From contig JAPEUD010000004.1 of the NCBI GenBank assembly GCA_026026165.1, forward strand, positions 310,001-374,000: a DNA stretch of 64,000 nt. The letters run 5' to 3'. Position numbers and translations under genes: made by a program. The notes under the pieces were generated by a model, which did no database searches, was not told the origin of the DNA, and saw nothing but the letters and a program-made list of their open reading frames with translations. The stretch is from Sarea resinae. Its lineage: Eukaryota. Within the stretch, counting starts at the first letter, position 1; each line of letters starts with the position of its first letter. Positions 63,640 to 64,000 of this stretch are shown here, piece by piece.

Positions 63640-64000
63640 ATCTGTGCTGAGCATGACATATTTGATAGGCTTTGAGCATACTAAGTTTCTGACGTGATTC
63701 AATACTACGAATGTTCCATGAACGGTTGCTCGACAAGATGAAATGGAGCGTCTTGCAAGAACAGGACGGAGACATTATTGAGTAAGGTAGGTAGGTACTA
63801 AAGCTAAGGTGGGTAGGTGGCGGGGTCCAGACTCTGACAGCTGGAAGCTGGAGCTACCTTACTCTGTACGAAGCGAGTACGAACCCTCCTGATCGAACCG
63901 AACAAAGGCACCTTGGCTTAGAAGAGAGAGTGTCTTGCTGTTCCTGTTGCAGTCTCGAATTGTTTTCGACTATGCGATCAGAATAGACCTCCCTTGAAGT

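Overview
Eukaryotic, intron-rich genomic DNA from a filamentous ascomycete (Pezizomycotina-type genes, short GT-AG introns with CTRAY branch points). About 23 protein-coding genes can be modelled, mostly housekeeping: malate synthase (5'-truncated), Cbp4, Chs4/Skt5-like SEL1 protein, a divergent Ctr copper transporter / ferric-cupric reductase pair, an SDR, NAC-beta, an Oca5-like TBC protein, acyl-protein thioesterase, MPC2, complex I B8 subunit, LigB-like dioxygenase, an orphan proline-rich protein, a Nup53-like RRM protein, Fmp46, a large single-RRM protein, an FMN-dependent alpha-hydroxy acid oxidase, Cnl1, Rec8, Dbf2/Sid2 kinase, a histidine acid phosphatase, glutamate decarboxylase, a fasciclin protein and a DUF1348 protein. 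Intergenic DNA is rich in microsatellites. No rRNA, tRNA, CRISPR array, intact transposon or secondary-metabolite cluster was recognised. The most unusual observations are a frame-required 1-nt exon in NAC-beta, a possible in-frame splice joining the orphan proline-rich gene to the Nup53-like gene, a Cys-rich insertion in the Ctr-linked reductase, and a GC-AG intron in dbf2. All calls come from reading the sequence and recalling family motifs; no database searches were run, and exon boundaries are predictions.
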